From Candidatus Saccharimonadota bacterium (lineage in GTDB: Bacteria > Patescibacteriota > Saccharimonadia > Saccharimonadales > UBA10212), in contig JACDFN010000001.1 in assembly GCA_013815775.1 (NCBI GenBank), positions 173,883 through 237,882 of the forward strand: a DNA stretch of 64,000 nt, read 5' to 3'. Numbering within the stretch: the first letter of the stretch is position 1; every line of letters begins with the position of its first letter. The position numbers were made by a program, and so were the translations under genes. Shown here in pieces: positions 17,633 to 25,582 of this stretch. Under the pieces are notes generated by a model. The model was not told the origin of the DNA. It saw only the letters and a list, made by a program, of their open reading frames with translations, and made no database searches.

Positions 17633-18943
17633 TTACTCCAGATTGTTTACAGCTTCTTTAAATTGGTTGCCGCGGTCTTTGTAGTTTTCAAATAATCCAA
17701 AACTGGCACAACCGGTCGAAAGAAGAACTATATCTCCTTGCTGGGCGTTCTGGCGGGCGCCATTAACAATTTCGGCCATTGTAGTTAGTCCTTCGGTAAC
17801 ATGGTTGAAGCCCCTTTGCTTTAGCAAGCTAGTTATCTTGGGCCCCGTCTTACCAATAATTACGGCGTGGCGGACATTTGACTTAATTACTGCGTCGGCC
17901 ATTTCATCAAAGGGAATACCCTTATCCGATCCACCTAAAATCATCACCTTGGGATCTGCAAAGGCTTGCATAGCTACTATTGCCGTAGATGGAGTTGTGC
18001 CGAATGAATCATCGTAGTATTTTACCCCCTGCAGGCTCCGTACTAGCTCCAGGCGGTGTTCCAAGCCACTAAAGCTATACAATACTTCTTTAGCTCCGTC
18101 AAGGCTTCCTATAGCCTCAAAAACGGCCGTCAGGGCCGCACAGACGTTTTGAAGGTTATGCTCCCCGAGCAGCTTTACCTCGCTCTCATGGATGACCTTG
18201 GTTTCATCATCACCCATAACGATTACTCCATCATCTCTAACGCGGGCGCCTGGCTTTTGGTAATACGGTACTTTTTTTCCGGGGGAAAAATTAGCAATTT
18301 TAACCGAATAGTCGTTATGAGCAAAGTAAACTGTGGTGTCTTCGGCTAATTGTTTTTTAAATAGGTGTGTCTTGGCCTGTATGTAATCTTCTATATTCAA
18401 GTGCCAATCCAGGTGTTCGGGTTCAACCATAAGGCAAACTGCTATGTGAGGCGAATACTTTAAATCAATAATCTGGAAGTTTGCTAACTCTAAAACTACA
18501 TAGTCTTCTGCTGCGATGTTATCTTTTAGTAAATCAAGCGGAGGGGTACCAATATTCCCCCCTAAATGGACCCGCTTACCGGCAGCTTGTAACATCTTGG
18601 TTACTAAGGTCGAAGTTGTACCTTTTCCCTTAGTGCCTGTAACGCCAATAATATTTTTTGTCGGCGAAACCCGCATGAATTCATTAGTAACGCTGGTAAT
18701 CTTTTTAACAATATCGGCCGAGTTAGCTTTCACAATGTCGCTGGGGTGAACAACGGGCGACCGGACTATTAGATCAAACTCATCAAGGTTGCTCAGGTGG
18801 TTTGGTCCCAGCACCGTGCCGACGCCATCAGGCACTTTAATGTCAGTGTTTTGATCGCAAACTGTTATTTGATTGTCATTTTTATTCCAGTATTCTAAAG
18901 CGGCGCGGCCCTGTTCGCCGTAGCCGATTATTGCGATCTTCAC
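17633..18943 (-). CDS. murD: UDP-N-acetylmuramoylalanine--D-glutamate ligase
   Basis: 436 aa. Mur ligase P-loop GVTGTKGKGTTS and MurD-like N- and C-terminal domains. Confidence 0.9.
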   Translation of the reverse strand: MKIAIIGYGEQGRAALEYWNKNDNQITVCDQNTDIKVPDGVGTVLGPNHLSNLDEFDLIVRSPVVHPSDIVKANSADIVKKITSVTNEFMRVSPTKNIIGVTGTKGKGTTSTLVTKMLQAAGKRVHLGGNIGTPPLDLLKDNIAAEDYVVLELANFQIIDLKYSPHIAVCLMVEPEHLDWHLNIEDYIQAKTHLFKKQLAEDTTVYFAHNDYSVKIANFSPGKKVPYYQKPGARVRDDGVIVMGDDETKVIHESEVKLLGEHNLQNVCAALTAVFEAIGSLDGAKEVLYSFSGLEHRLELVRSLQGVKYYDDSFGTTPSTAIVAMQAFADPKVMILGGSDKGIPFDEMADAVIKSNVRHAVIIGKTGPKITSLLKQRGFNHVTEGLTTMAEIVNGARQNAQQGDIVLLSTGCASFGLFENYKDRGNQFKEAVNNLE

Positions 18944-18947
18944 CTTT

Positions 18948-19316
18948 TTAACTACCTAATTTTTGCTTAACTAGTTCTGCAACTTCCTTAGGGGTCATTT
19001 CGGCTTTTACAATAAAGCCGTCAATATTTAGCTCTTTTAGTCTCTCTGGAGCTTCTTGCTCGCTAACATTAGTTAGGATGATTACTTTAACTTCTTTACC
19101 CCAATCTGTCTTGCGCATCTTCTCTAACATTTCATCGCCGTTCATCTCCGGCATCATTAAGTCCAGCAAGACCATGTGCGGCCTCATGTCTTCGCAAAGC
19201 ATTAGCCCCAGCTTGCCGTTCTCAGCGATGTCTACTTTGTATCCTTCGCTTTCAAATTTAAGGCGGTACATCTGGGCTATAGCCAGGTCGTCTTCGACAA
19301 TCGCAATTTTCATCAT
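18948..19316 (-). CDS. Response regulator, receiver domain only
   Basis: 122 aa. CheY-like: IAIVEDD, the phospho-acceptor in VLLDLMMPEMNG, and the ILTN...K signature. It has no output domain. Confidence 0.85.
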   Translation of the reverse strand: MMKIAIVEDDLAIAQMYRLKFESEGYKVDIAENGKLGLMLCEDMRPHMVLLDLMMPEMNGDEMLEKMRKTDWGKEVKVIILTNVSEQEAPERLKELNIDGFIVKAEMTPKEVAELVKQKLGS

Positions 19317-19350
19317 TTAATAAATTCTACACCTTTCATCACTAACCTGT

Positions 19351-19743
19351 CTACTTAGGATTGAGTAGTTTGTTATAGCGTTCAAGAATTTCGATGACCA
19401 TCTCCGAGACTTGCTTTGGGGTGCTATAGGCTTTAACGATATACTTCTCAACTCTCAGAAGTCTTAAATCCATTGACGCTTCGTTCTGGCTAAGGTTAGT
19501 CAGCACTATCACAAGGGTGCTTCTCCCCCAATCTTGCTCACGCAACTTGCGCAGCATTTGTTGACCGCTCATTACAGGCATCATTAGGTCAAGTAACACC
19601 AAATCGGGTTTAAACTCTCTTATTAGCTGTAGGCCATCTTTGCCATCGTTTGCTTCGGCAACTTCCAATCCAGCAGCCCTTAACTTCATGCTGTACATGT
19701 CGCGGATTGGTTTGTCGTCTTCAATTATTGCTACCTTTGGCAT
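19351..19743 (-). CDS. Response regulator, receiver domain only
   Basis: 130 aa. VAIIEDD, LVLLDLMMPVMSG, VLTN...VKAY. It has no output domain. Confidence 0.85.
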   Translation of the reverse strand: MPKVAIIEDDKPIRDMYSMKLRAAGLEVAEANDGKDGLQLIREFKPDLVLLDLMMPVMSGQQMLRKLREQDWGRSTLVIVLTNLSQNEASMDLRLLRVEKYIVKAYSTPKQVSEMVIEILERYNKLLNPK

Positions 19744-19897
19744 ACATATCCCGCTTTTGATTAGTTGACTAATTGAATGTAATACGCTATAATTGTTTTT
19801 AGTAAACGTACTTTATCAGATTAGCACACCTTAAACTGGAAAATATTTTTCCGCGGTTTTGGTGTGCTTTTCATTTTAATAATCGTTAAGTAATAAC

Positions 19898-20452
19898 ATG
19901 GAATCTAAAAATAACTTCACACAACCAAAGACTGCCGCCGAGGAGACTTTGCCAGATAGCAATGAAAACTGGCTAACTCGGAATAAAAACAAGCTCGGTG
20001 TAGCTACTTTTATAGGGCTTGCTGCTCTCACTTTGGCAGAATTAGGAGAAGTAAAAAATGATATAGCCGAAAGTGCTCACTGGACAGTACCAGCAATTGC
20101 TGGGGCCGAAACTGTAGCAACCGCTGGCCTTGCAGCTATGATTGCTTCAACCGGGAATAAAATTGGAAACCCTTTAAGTATCCGAAAAAGGCTAACGGAA
20201 CTTCATTTAAAGAACAAACTAAGCAATAGTCGTACATTTAGAATTGGAGCATACCTTAATCTAGCAGGAGCCACGGGTACTGGCGGAGTTATAGCCACAG
20301 AAACGGTAGCTAGTTTCCCGGTATCTGCTTGGCCTGCTTCACTAGGTGTTGCAGGTTTATCGGTGGCTCTTTCGGCACCCTTCTATAGAATTGCTCGAAG
20401 TAAGGACAGAAGCATCGCTTTGAATGAGAAAGTCGACGAAGGTCAATTATGA
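19898..20452 (+). CDS. Ala/Gly-rich membrane protein (hypothetical), first gene of a 4-gene cassette
   Basis: 184 aa with 3-4 weakly hydrophobic helices. Its stop overlaps the next gene's start (ATGA at 20449-20452). Confidence 0.55.
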   Translation: MESKNNFTQPKTAAEETLPDSNENWLTRNKNKLGVATFIGLAALTLAELGEVKNDIAESAHWTVPAIAGAETVATAGLAAMIASTGNKIGNPLSIRKRLTELHLKNKLSNSRTFRIGAYLNLAGATGTGGVIATETVASFPVSAWPASLGVAGLSVALSAPFYRIARSKDRSIALNEKVDEGQL

Positions 20453-21216
20453 GTACGTTAGCTCCTAACGATAAAATTCATAATCCAGAGATAAATCTTG
20501 GTGTTTTCAATGGTCAATTAGAGAATTATTGGGTCGGGCGCATTGCCACTGCTAACATGAAAGACAGGGGTCGAATATTTGAGGCGGCCGCTATTTTCAG
20601 AGGCGATGTGTATTTGAATCTTGGCTACGTATCACCAGAGCAGGTAGATGAGCTGGGTCGGGAGATAGATTCAGATGACTCTAGGTCCATTCATTTCTCA
20701 GTCATGGAGAGGATTCCGGGATCAGATCCCAACAACTCTAGGATTATAGGTACGAGTCGTCTCATACTTAAAGACTCTCCTCACAATCAACTCCCAATCG
20801 AGTATTATTTTCCGGAGGTGTTTCAGCGGTCACCTGCACCAGTCGGAACGGTAGAAGTTTCGCGATTGATTGCTCACCACGAGGATGGTCGCATTCAGTA
20901 TCGCACAGCGCTGTCATTAATTAGAGCCATGACTCACTTCTCAATCAATAGAGGTATTAAAGCCGATTACTGCATGGTTGAAGAACCTCTGCTTCGATTT
21001 CTCAACTCTCAGGCTATACCTACAGAAATTATGGGAGAATCCAAAGAAATTACAGAGCAGGGAGGTGTGCTGTTCCCCGTAAAAATAGAACCCAGTAAAA
21101 TAATTAAAAATGTTTCTTCTTCTAGTTTGGGTAAGACCGCACTGAAAAATTTTTTTCTGAATGGTAGGAAAAATGGCGGCGAAGGCTACTACGATGGAAA
21201 CTTTATCAAGGAATAA
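20449..21216 (+). CDS. GNAT-fold N-acyltransferase of the LuxI/FeeM (autoinducer-synthase / N-acyl amino acid synthase) type, putative
   Basis: 255 aa. The pattern ...FRGDVYLNLGYV...DSDDSRSIHF...IGTSRLIL...VEVSRLIA...LIRAMTHFSINRGIKADYCMVEEPLLRFL... matches my recollection of FeeM/acyl-HSL-synthase-like acyltransferases. The family call was made by eye only. Confidence 0.5.
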   Translation: MSTLAPNDKIHNPEINLGVFNGQLENYWVGRIATANMKDRGRIFEAAAIFRGDVYLNLGYVSPEQVDELGREIDSDDSRSIHFSVMERIPGSDPNNSRIIGTSRLILKDSPHNQLPIEYYFPEVFQRSPAPVGTVEVSRLIAHHEDGRIQYRTALSLIRAMTHFSINRGIKADYCMVEEPLLRFLNSQAIPTEIMGESKEITEQGGVLFPVKIEPSKIIKNVSSSSLGKTALKNFFLNGRKNGGEGYYDGNFIKE

Positions 21217-21219
21217 TCC

Positions 21220-22101
21220 ATGAGCTATTCTCAACAATTTGAACGAAACCTCGGCTTCTTTTCATCTGATGAGCAGGACAAATTACAATCATCCTCCATT
21301 GCTATAGCTGGTGCTGGCGGCGATGGTGGAATGCTAGCCGTGCAACTTGCACGGTTGGGTATAGGTGAGATTCGGCTAGCTGATCCCGATCCTTTCGAAA
21401 TTGAGAACATTAATCGTCAAGCGGTTTGTAATACAGAAACGATTGGAGTGAATAAAGCAAGAGCAGTAGGGCAATATCTGCAAAAAATTAATCCTGAAGC
21501 AAACATTAGTATTTTTGAAGAGGGTATTACTCCTCAAAACACAGCTGAATTTCTAAAAGGCGCTGACTTATTGATTGATGAGACAGAATTTACGATTCCC
21601 GCAATTGGAGTAGGACTAGCTCGTGAAGCCCGGAACATTTCTATCCCCAACCTCACAGCTTTTAATATAGGATTCGGTGCTGTCGTAACTACCTACAAAC
21701 CAGAGGGTCACAAACTAGAAGAAACTCTTGGAATTGATGAAAACATGACACTCGAAGAAGTGGCAAAAGTAGAAGTGCCTTTAGCTAGATGGCTACCATA
21801 TCTTCCTGGCTATGGGGATATACAGGTTCTTGAAAAAGTTGCTAGACAAGAGAAACCGGCTCCTTCAGTAGCTCCGGGCGTGGCGATTGCTGCTGGGGCT
21901 GCAGCCACCCAAGCGGTCTTAAACTTACTTCATGGTGAAAATAAGCGCAAAGCCCCCGTATATGCATCTAATGCCCTAGTAATTGATGTTATGGAAGTAA
22001 AAGCCAGGATTATTAAGTATAATCGAACCTCGCATTATAGGTATTTAGGACAACTTCTTGTACGAAATATGCTGAAGTTAAATCCAAAGACTAGCTATTA
22101 A
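21220..22101 (+). CDS. ThiF/MoeB/HesA-family E1-like adenylyltransferase
   Basis: 293 aa. Rossmann motif IAIAGAGGDGGMLAVQLARLGIGEIRLADPDPFEIENINRQ (GxGxxG ... D.D ... N..RQ). It starts 3 nt after the preceding gene. Confidence 0.75.
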   Translation: MSYSQQFERNLGFFSSDEQDKLQSSSIAIAGAGGDGGMLAVQLARLGIGEIRLADPDPFEIENINRQAVCNTETIGVNKARAVGQYLQKINPEANISIFEEGITPQNTAEFLKGADLLIDETEFTIPAIGVGLAREARNISIPNLTAFNIGFGAVVTTYKPEGHKLEETLGIDENMTLEEVAKVEVPLARWLPYLPGYGDIQVLEKVARQEKPAPSVAPGVAIAAGAAATQAVLNLLHGENKRKAPVYASNALVIDVMEVKARIIKYNRTSHYRYLGQLLVRNMLKLNPKTSY

Positions 22102-22128
22102 AGATTACAATCTGCAATAATTGTACTA

Positions 22129-24255
22129 ATGTTTAATATTTATATTTGGGTTAGTGCGGCACTAGCATTGGTATTTATTATTCTGGGTATAGTTGTTGTT
22201 ACTCGGAATGCACACTCAAGGATAAATCGAATTTTTCTAGCCTTTAGTATCCTTATTGCTGGTTGGCTTGTAACCAATTACATCGGAGGGGATAAGAATA
22301 TTTCTCCTACATTGGCCCTCATTGATAACCGGTTGGTGTTTGTTTTTGGCATTCTAACTGCGTTCTCTCTCATGCTATTTATGAAGAATCTAGTTTCTTT
22401 AAAAGGCAATAATTTGTGGAATGGGTTAATAGTAGCCAATATTCTTACGGCTGCTACTTGTTTTACACCTCTTATCGTAAAAGAGGTAGAGCGAAATGTA
22501 GACACTTATACTATTATTTTTGGTCCATTATCTTCTATTTACTTCTTACTTCTTATAGTGAATTTACTCGCATCAGTAAGTATAGCAATTCTTGCTCGTC
22601 GGAAGGCAAGAGGACCAGTGAAGCCCCAAGTTGATACAATACTTGCAAGCTTGGCGATAACTCTTGGAGCTGTGATTATCACCAATGGGTTACTCCCTTT
22701 TCTTTTTAATTTTTACGCACTCGTTAATGCAGGCTCGTTTTTTACGACCATTCTTGTTACCGGCATTGCCTATAGCATGATAAGGCACAAGTTGTTTGAT
22801 ATCAGAACTTTTGCGGTTCGGGCTTTCGCTTATTCACTCACTTTTGCCGCCGCCTCTCTGATCTACATGGTGCCTACGTTCTTACTTACAGCTTATATAG
22901 CTGGTCGCACTATAGACTTTTCCACTTTAATATTGCTGGTCCCGGTTACGCTGATAACGGCTTTCTACTTTCAGCCTCTGAAAACTTACTTTAACCGGGC
23001 AACTGGAAAACTTTTCTTTCGAGATTACTATGAAGCCCAAGATGTCCTCGATAAATTAAGCAGTCTGCTGGTGGGAAGTGTTGAGGTAAAGCAGATTGAA
23101 AAAGAAAGTTCATTAATTCTAAAGAATGCTCTTAAGCCAGACTTTCTTAGATATTTATTAATAGCTGAGAACCAGGACGATGATTCGAATGAAATTTTAG
23201 CGATTTTAAGAAAAATCAACGATGATATGGTTGTTTTCGATGAACTAGACCCAGTCAAAGGTATTAAAATACGTGAGCTTTTCAGCAAGAATGATGTTTC
23301 TCTTGCAGTACGCCTACGCACCCAGCATGAAGAACTTGGCTATATGTTGCTTGGTTTTAAGCAATCAGGCTCGGCATATTCGGGAAACGATAAGAAGCTG
23401 TTAAGGATAGTAGCTGACGAAGTCGCCGTAGGACTGCAAAGTGCACTTCGGTTTGAAGAGATTTCGCAGTTTAACCTTACGCTACAGGCTAAAATTGAAG
23501 ATGCTACGCAGGAGATTCGAAAAGCTAACATCAAGCTCAGGGAGTTGGATAAGACTAAAGACGAGTTTATTAGCATGGCCAGCCACCAGCTTAGAACCCC
23601 ATTAACTGCCGTAAAGGGCTACTTAAGTATGGTGCTGGAAGAGGATACCGGTAAAATTAAGAAAGAGCAGAGGGACCTGCTACAACGGTCTTTTGATGGC
23701 GCCGACAGAATGGTTTACCTGATAGCCGACCTGCTAAACGTTTCGCGTTTGCAAAGCGGCAAGTTTGTTATAGAGAATAAGCCAACCGATTTGGTGAAGA
23801 TTGTATCAGCGGAAGTGGATCAGCTACAGGAGTCGGCAGCTAACCACCAGATTAAACTTTCGTTCCATAAGCCAGATAAATTTCCCGAGAGAGTACTTCT
23901 TGACGAGACCAAAATCCACCAGGTGGTGATGAACTTTATGGACAACGCCATTTATTACACTCCCGCAGGAGGAAGTGTGGAGGTGGCCCTTTCGTCTACC
24001 GATAAGGAGATAATCTATACAGTAACCGACACAGGTTTAGGAGTACCAAAAGCTGAGCAGCATCATTTGTTTGCAAAATTCTACCGGGCCGGCAATGCTC
24101 GTAAAATGCGGCCTGACGGGACCGGGTTAGGGCTTTATATGGCCAAAAAAGTAATAATTGCCCAGGGCGGAGCAGTTATCTTTAAAAGTACAGAAGGCAA
24201 GGGGAGTGTTTTTGGGTTCAGCTTTCCGCTGCACAAGATTGAAGTAAAAAGTTAG
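22129..24255 (+). CDS. Polytopic membrane sensor histidine kinase
   Basis: 708 aa. The N-terminal ~290 aa hold ~8 hydrophobic helices, followed by a cytoplasmic linker or GAF-like region and a coiled coil. H-box SMASHQLRTPLTAVKGY, N-box MNFMDNAIYYT, G2 GTGLGLYMAKK. It starts 27 nt after the ThiF-like gene. Confidence 0.85.
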   Translation: MFNIYIWVSAALALVFIILGIVVVTRNAHSRINRIFLAFSILIAGWLVTNYIGGDKNISPTLALIDNRLVFVFGILTAFSLMLFMKNLVSLKGNNLWNGLIVANILTAATCFTPLIVKEVERNVDTYTIIFGPLSSIYFLLLIVNLLASVSIAILARRKARGPVKPQVDTILASLAITLGAVIITNGLLPFLFNFYALVNAGSFFTTILVTGIAYSMIRHKLFDIRTFAVRAFAYSLTFAAASLIYMVPTFLLTAYIAGRTIDFSTLILLVPVTLITAFYFQPLKTYFNRATGKLFFRDYYEAQDVLDKLSSLLVGSVEVKQIEKESSLILKNALKPDFLRYLLIAENQDDDSNEILAILRKINDDMVVFDELDPVKGIKIRELFSKNDVSLAVRLRTQHEELGYMLLGFKQSGSAYSGNDKKLLRIVADEVAVGLQSALRFEEISQFNLTLQAKIEDATQEIRKANIKLRELDKTKDEFISMASHQLRTPLTAVKGYLSMVLEEDTGKIKKEQRDLLQRSFDGADRMVYLIADLLNVSRLQSGKFVIENKPTDLVKIVSAEVDQLQESAANHQIKLSFHKPDKFPERVLLDETKIHQVVMNFMDNAIYYTPAGGSVEVALSSTDKEIIYTVTDTGLGVPKAEQHHLFAKFYRAGNARKMRPDGTGLGLYMAKKVIIAQGGAVIFKSTEGKGSVFGFSFPLHKIEVKS

Positions 24256-24262
24256 AGCTTTC

Positions 24263-24291
24263 TTGTCTGCAAAATTAACGAAGAGTATAAT
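24263..24291 (+). promoter_or_regulatory. Sigma70-type promoter TTGTCT-17 nt-TATAAT driving the large ncRNA
   Basis: -35 at 24263-24268 and -10 at 24286-24291, with exactly 17 nt between them. It lies 8 nt after the kinase stop. Confidence 0.6.
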
Positions 24292-24297
24292 TTTAGA

Positions 24298-25077
24298 CAT
24301 CAAGGTTGTGCGCTTGCAGGTTTAACCCCCCTTGCCCTTTAAAAACGAGAGATTTGCAAAGAACGGCAGGGTGCAGAGCAGAAGCTCGGCTTAATACCCC
24401 CGCCAGAATGTGCCAGCCAAAGCAGTTCATCAAACCGCCAGCCGGCGCATCGTCCATGGGAGTCACCAATCACACCAACAATCATCCTTGGTGAAGAGGT
24501 GACAGCGGTGACTCCCAAACGTTTAAAGCAACTTGCTTCTTTAAGCGAGTGCTTAAGTCCCGCCCTGGGCCAGGTCTTTGATGGGACCTGAGAGGAATAG
24601 AGGCCAACGCCGCAGTGTTGTCTCGAACTCCCAGATCCCGGGGCGGTATAACCGACGTCCATAACTATTATGGCGTCACCACTAGGCTGCTGCTGCAAGG
24701 CGAGCGCGCGGCAGCCGAACCCCTTCGGGCAGCGCTTAGAGGGCTACCCCTCTGCGCTCCCGGCGGGTGAAAGTATATGGAACCTAGTTCCACAACTTTT
24801 TCTACAAGATCCGCTACCTGGCCACCCCCCCAGGTAACGGAAGGGGAAGCGGGTCCAAAACCCCCGCTTACTTCGGCTACAACCGGACATCGGCTGGAGT
24901 AAGGCTTGAAGGACTTGTTATCGTTGCTCGAGCAGTGTAACCCCCCCTCGCGCCGCTCGCGACTTAAGTCCTTCAGGCCTTCCCTGACTAACGATGCCTG
25001 CCAAATGGACGAGGATGAAAAAGCAAATCTCTCGCTTTCCCTTAAATTTTAACCACTCCACCAACACGGTGGTTTTT
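24298..25077 (+). ncRNA. Large (~780 nt) GC-rich structured non-coding RNA, class unassigned
   Basis: It has no credible ORF and lies between a promoter (24263-24291) and an intrinsic terminator (CCACC-AACAC-GGTGG-T5, 25058-25077). Local GC is ~60% (36/60 in each of two lines counted). A 12-bp closing helix pairs 24346-24357 with 25023-25034. A nested helix pairs 24451-24457 with 25005-25011. A 16-bp helix pairs 24901-24916 with 24966-24981, and a 9-bp helix pairs 24458-24466 with 24508-24516. Confidence 0.7.
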
Positions 25078-25582
25078 AATTTCATTTAAAACGCTTGTGC
25101 TATAGAATTATAATGGTATAGCTTATTGACAATATTGACTGCATATGGTAAAGTTATGGCATCCTCGCTTCTAGGCGAAGGGGTGCAAAAACCCTCTAAC
25201 AGGGGTGAACAATTACATCTGTTGACATCTGTTAGACCTAAGCGGGTGAGGCGTAGTCTTAACAAATTGATTTTGGAAGAAAATATAGTTTGTTTTAAAG
25301 CACATTGTCCTTGTTGGACAGTAGTGTAAAAGCAGGCTAGATAGTCATGGGTCTTTAAAGTAGAGCTGCAAATATAGCCTAGAAGCCTAGCAGTTCCTTT
25401 TAGCCCATACAACCGACAACGAAATTATTAGCCGCGCAGGGTTTTCGATGTCGTTCGGTGCATTAAGACGATAAGACTTTGTCGTTTTTATGCATCGTGC
25501 GACTAGCACGAAAAGCCCCTGCGACGGCCGCACGGCGCCAAGCCGTCGCAGGGAACTACTAGACCACCAGGAGGTGGAAGAA

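Noticed and set aside
24306-24698. ORFs 24306-24494 (+, 62 aa) and 24339-24698 (-, 119 aa).
   Set aside because: They lie inside the structured RNA, have no RBS, and are rich in Cys, Arg and Trp, which is typical of GC-rich non-coding sequence. They also overlap each other on opposite strands.
24308-25040. I considered an ORF-less group II intron, because GTGCG occurs at 24308-24312 near the 5' end.
   Set aside because: The element has its own promoter and intrinsic terminator and does not interrupt a gene. I cannot find a domain V consensus hairpin (AGCCGUAU...GAAA...ACGUACGGUU) near the 3' end. No reverse transcriptase ORF is present.
24298-25077. I considered RNase P RNA for the large ncRNA. 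GCAGAAGCTCGGCTTAAT (24374-24391) resembles the conserved ACAGAAxxCGGCUUA element, and GGGTGAAAGT (24765-24774) resembles the GGGUGAAA element.
   Set aside because: The two look-alike elements are in the wrong 5'-to-3' order for RNase P. No GAGGAAAGUCC (P4 5' strand) is present on either strand. The RNA is also about twice the usual length. A covariance-model search is still the decisive test.
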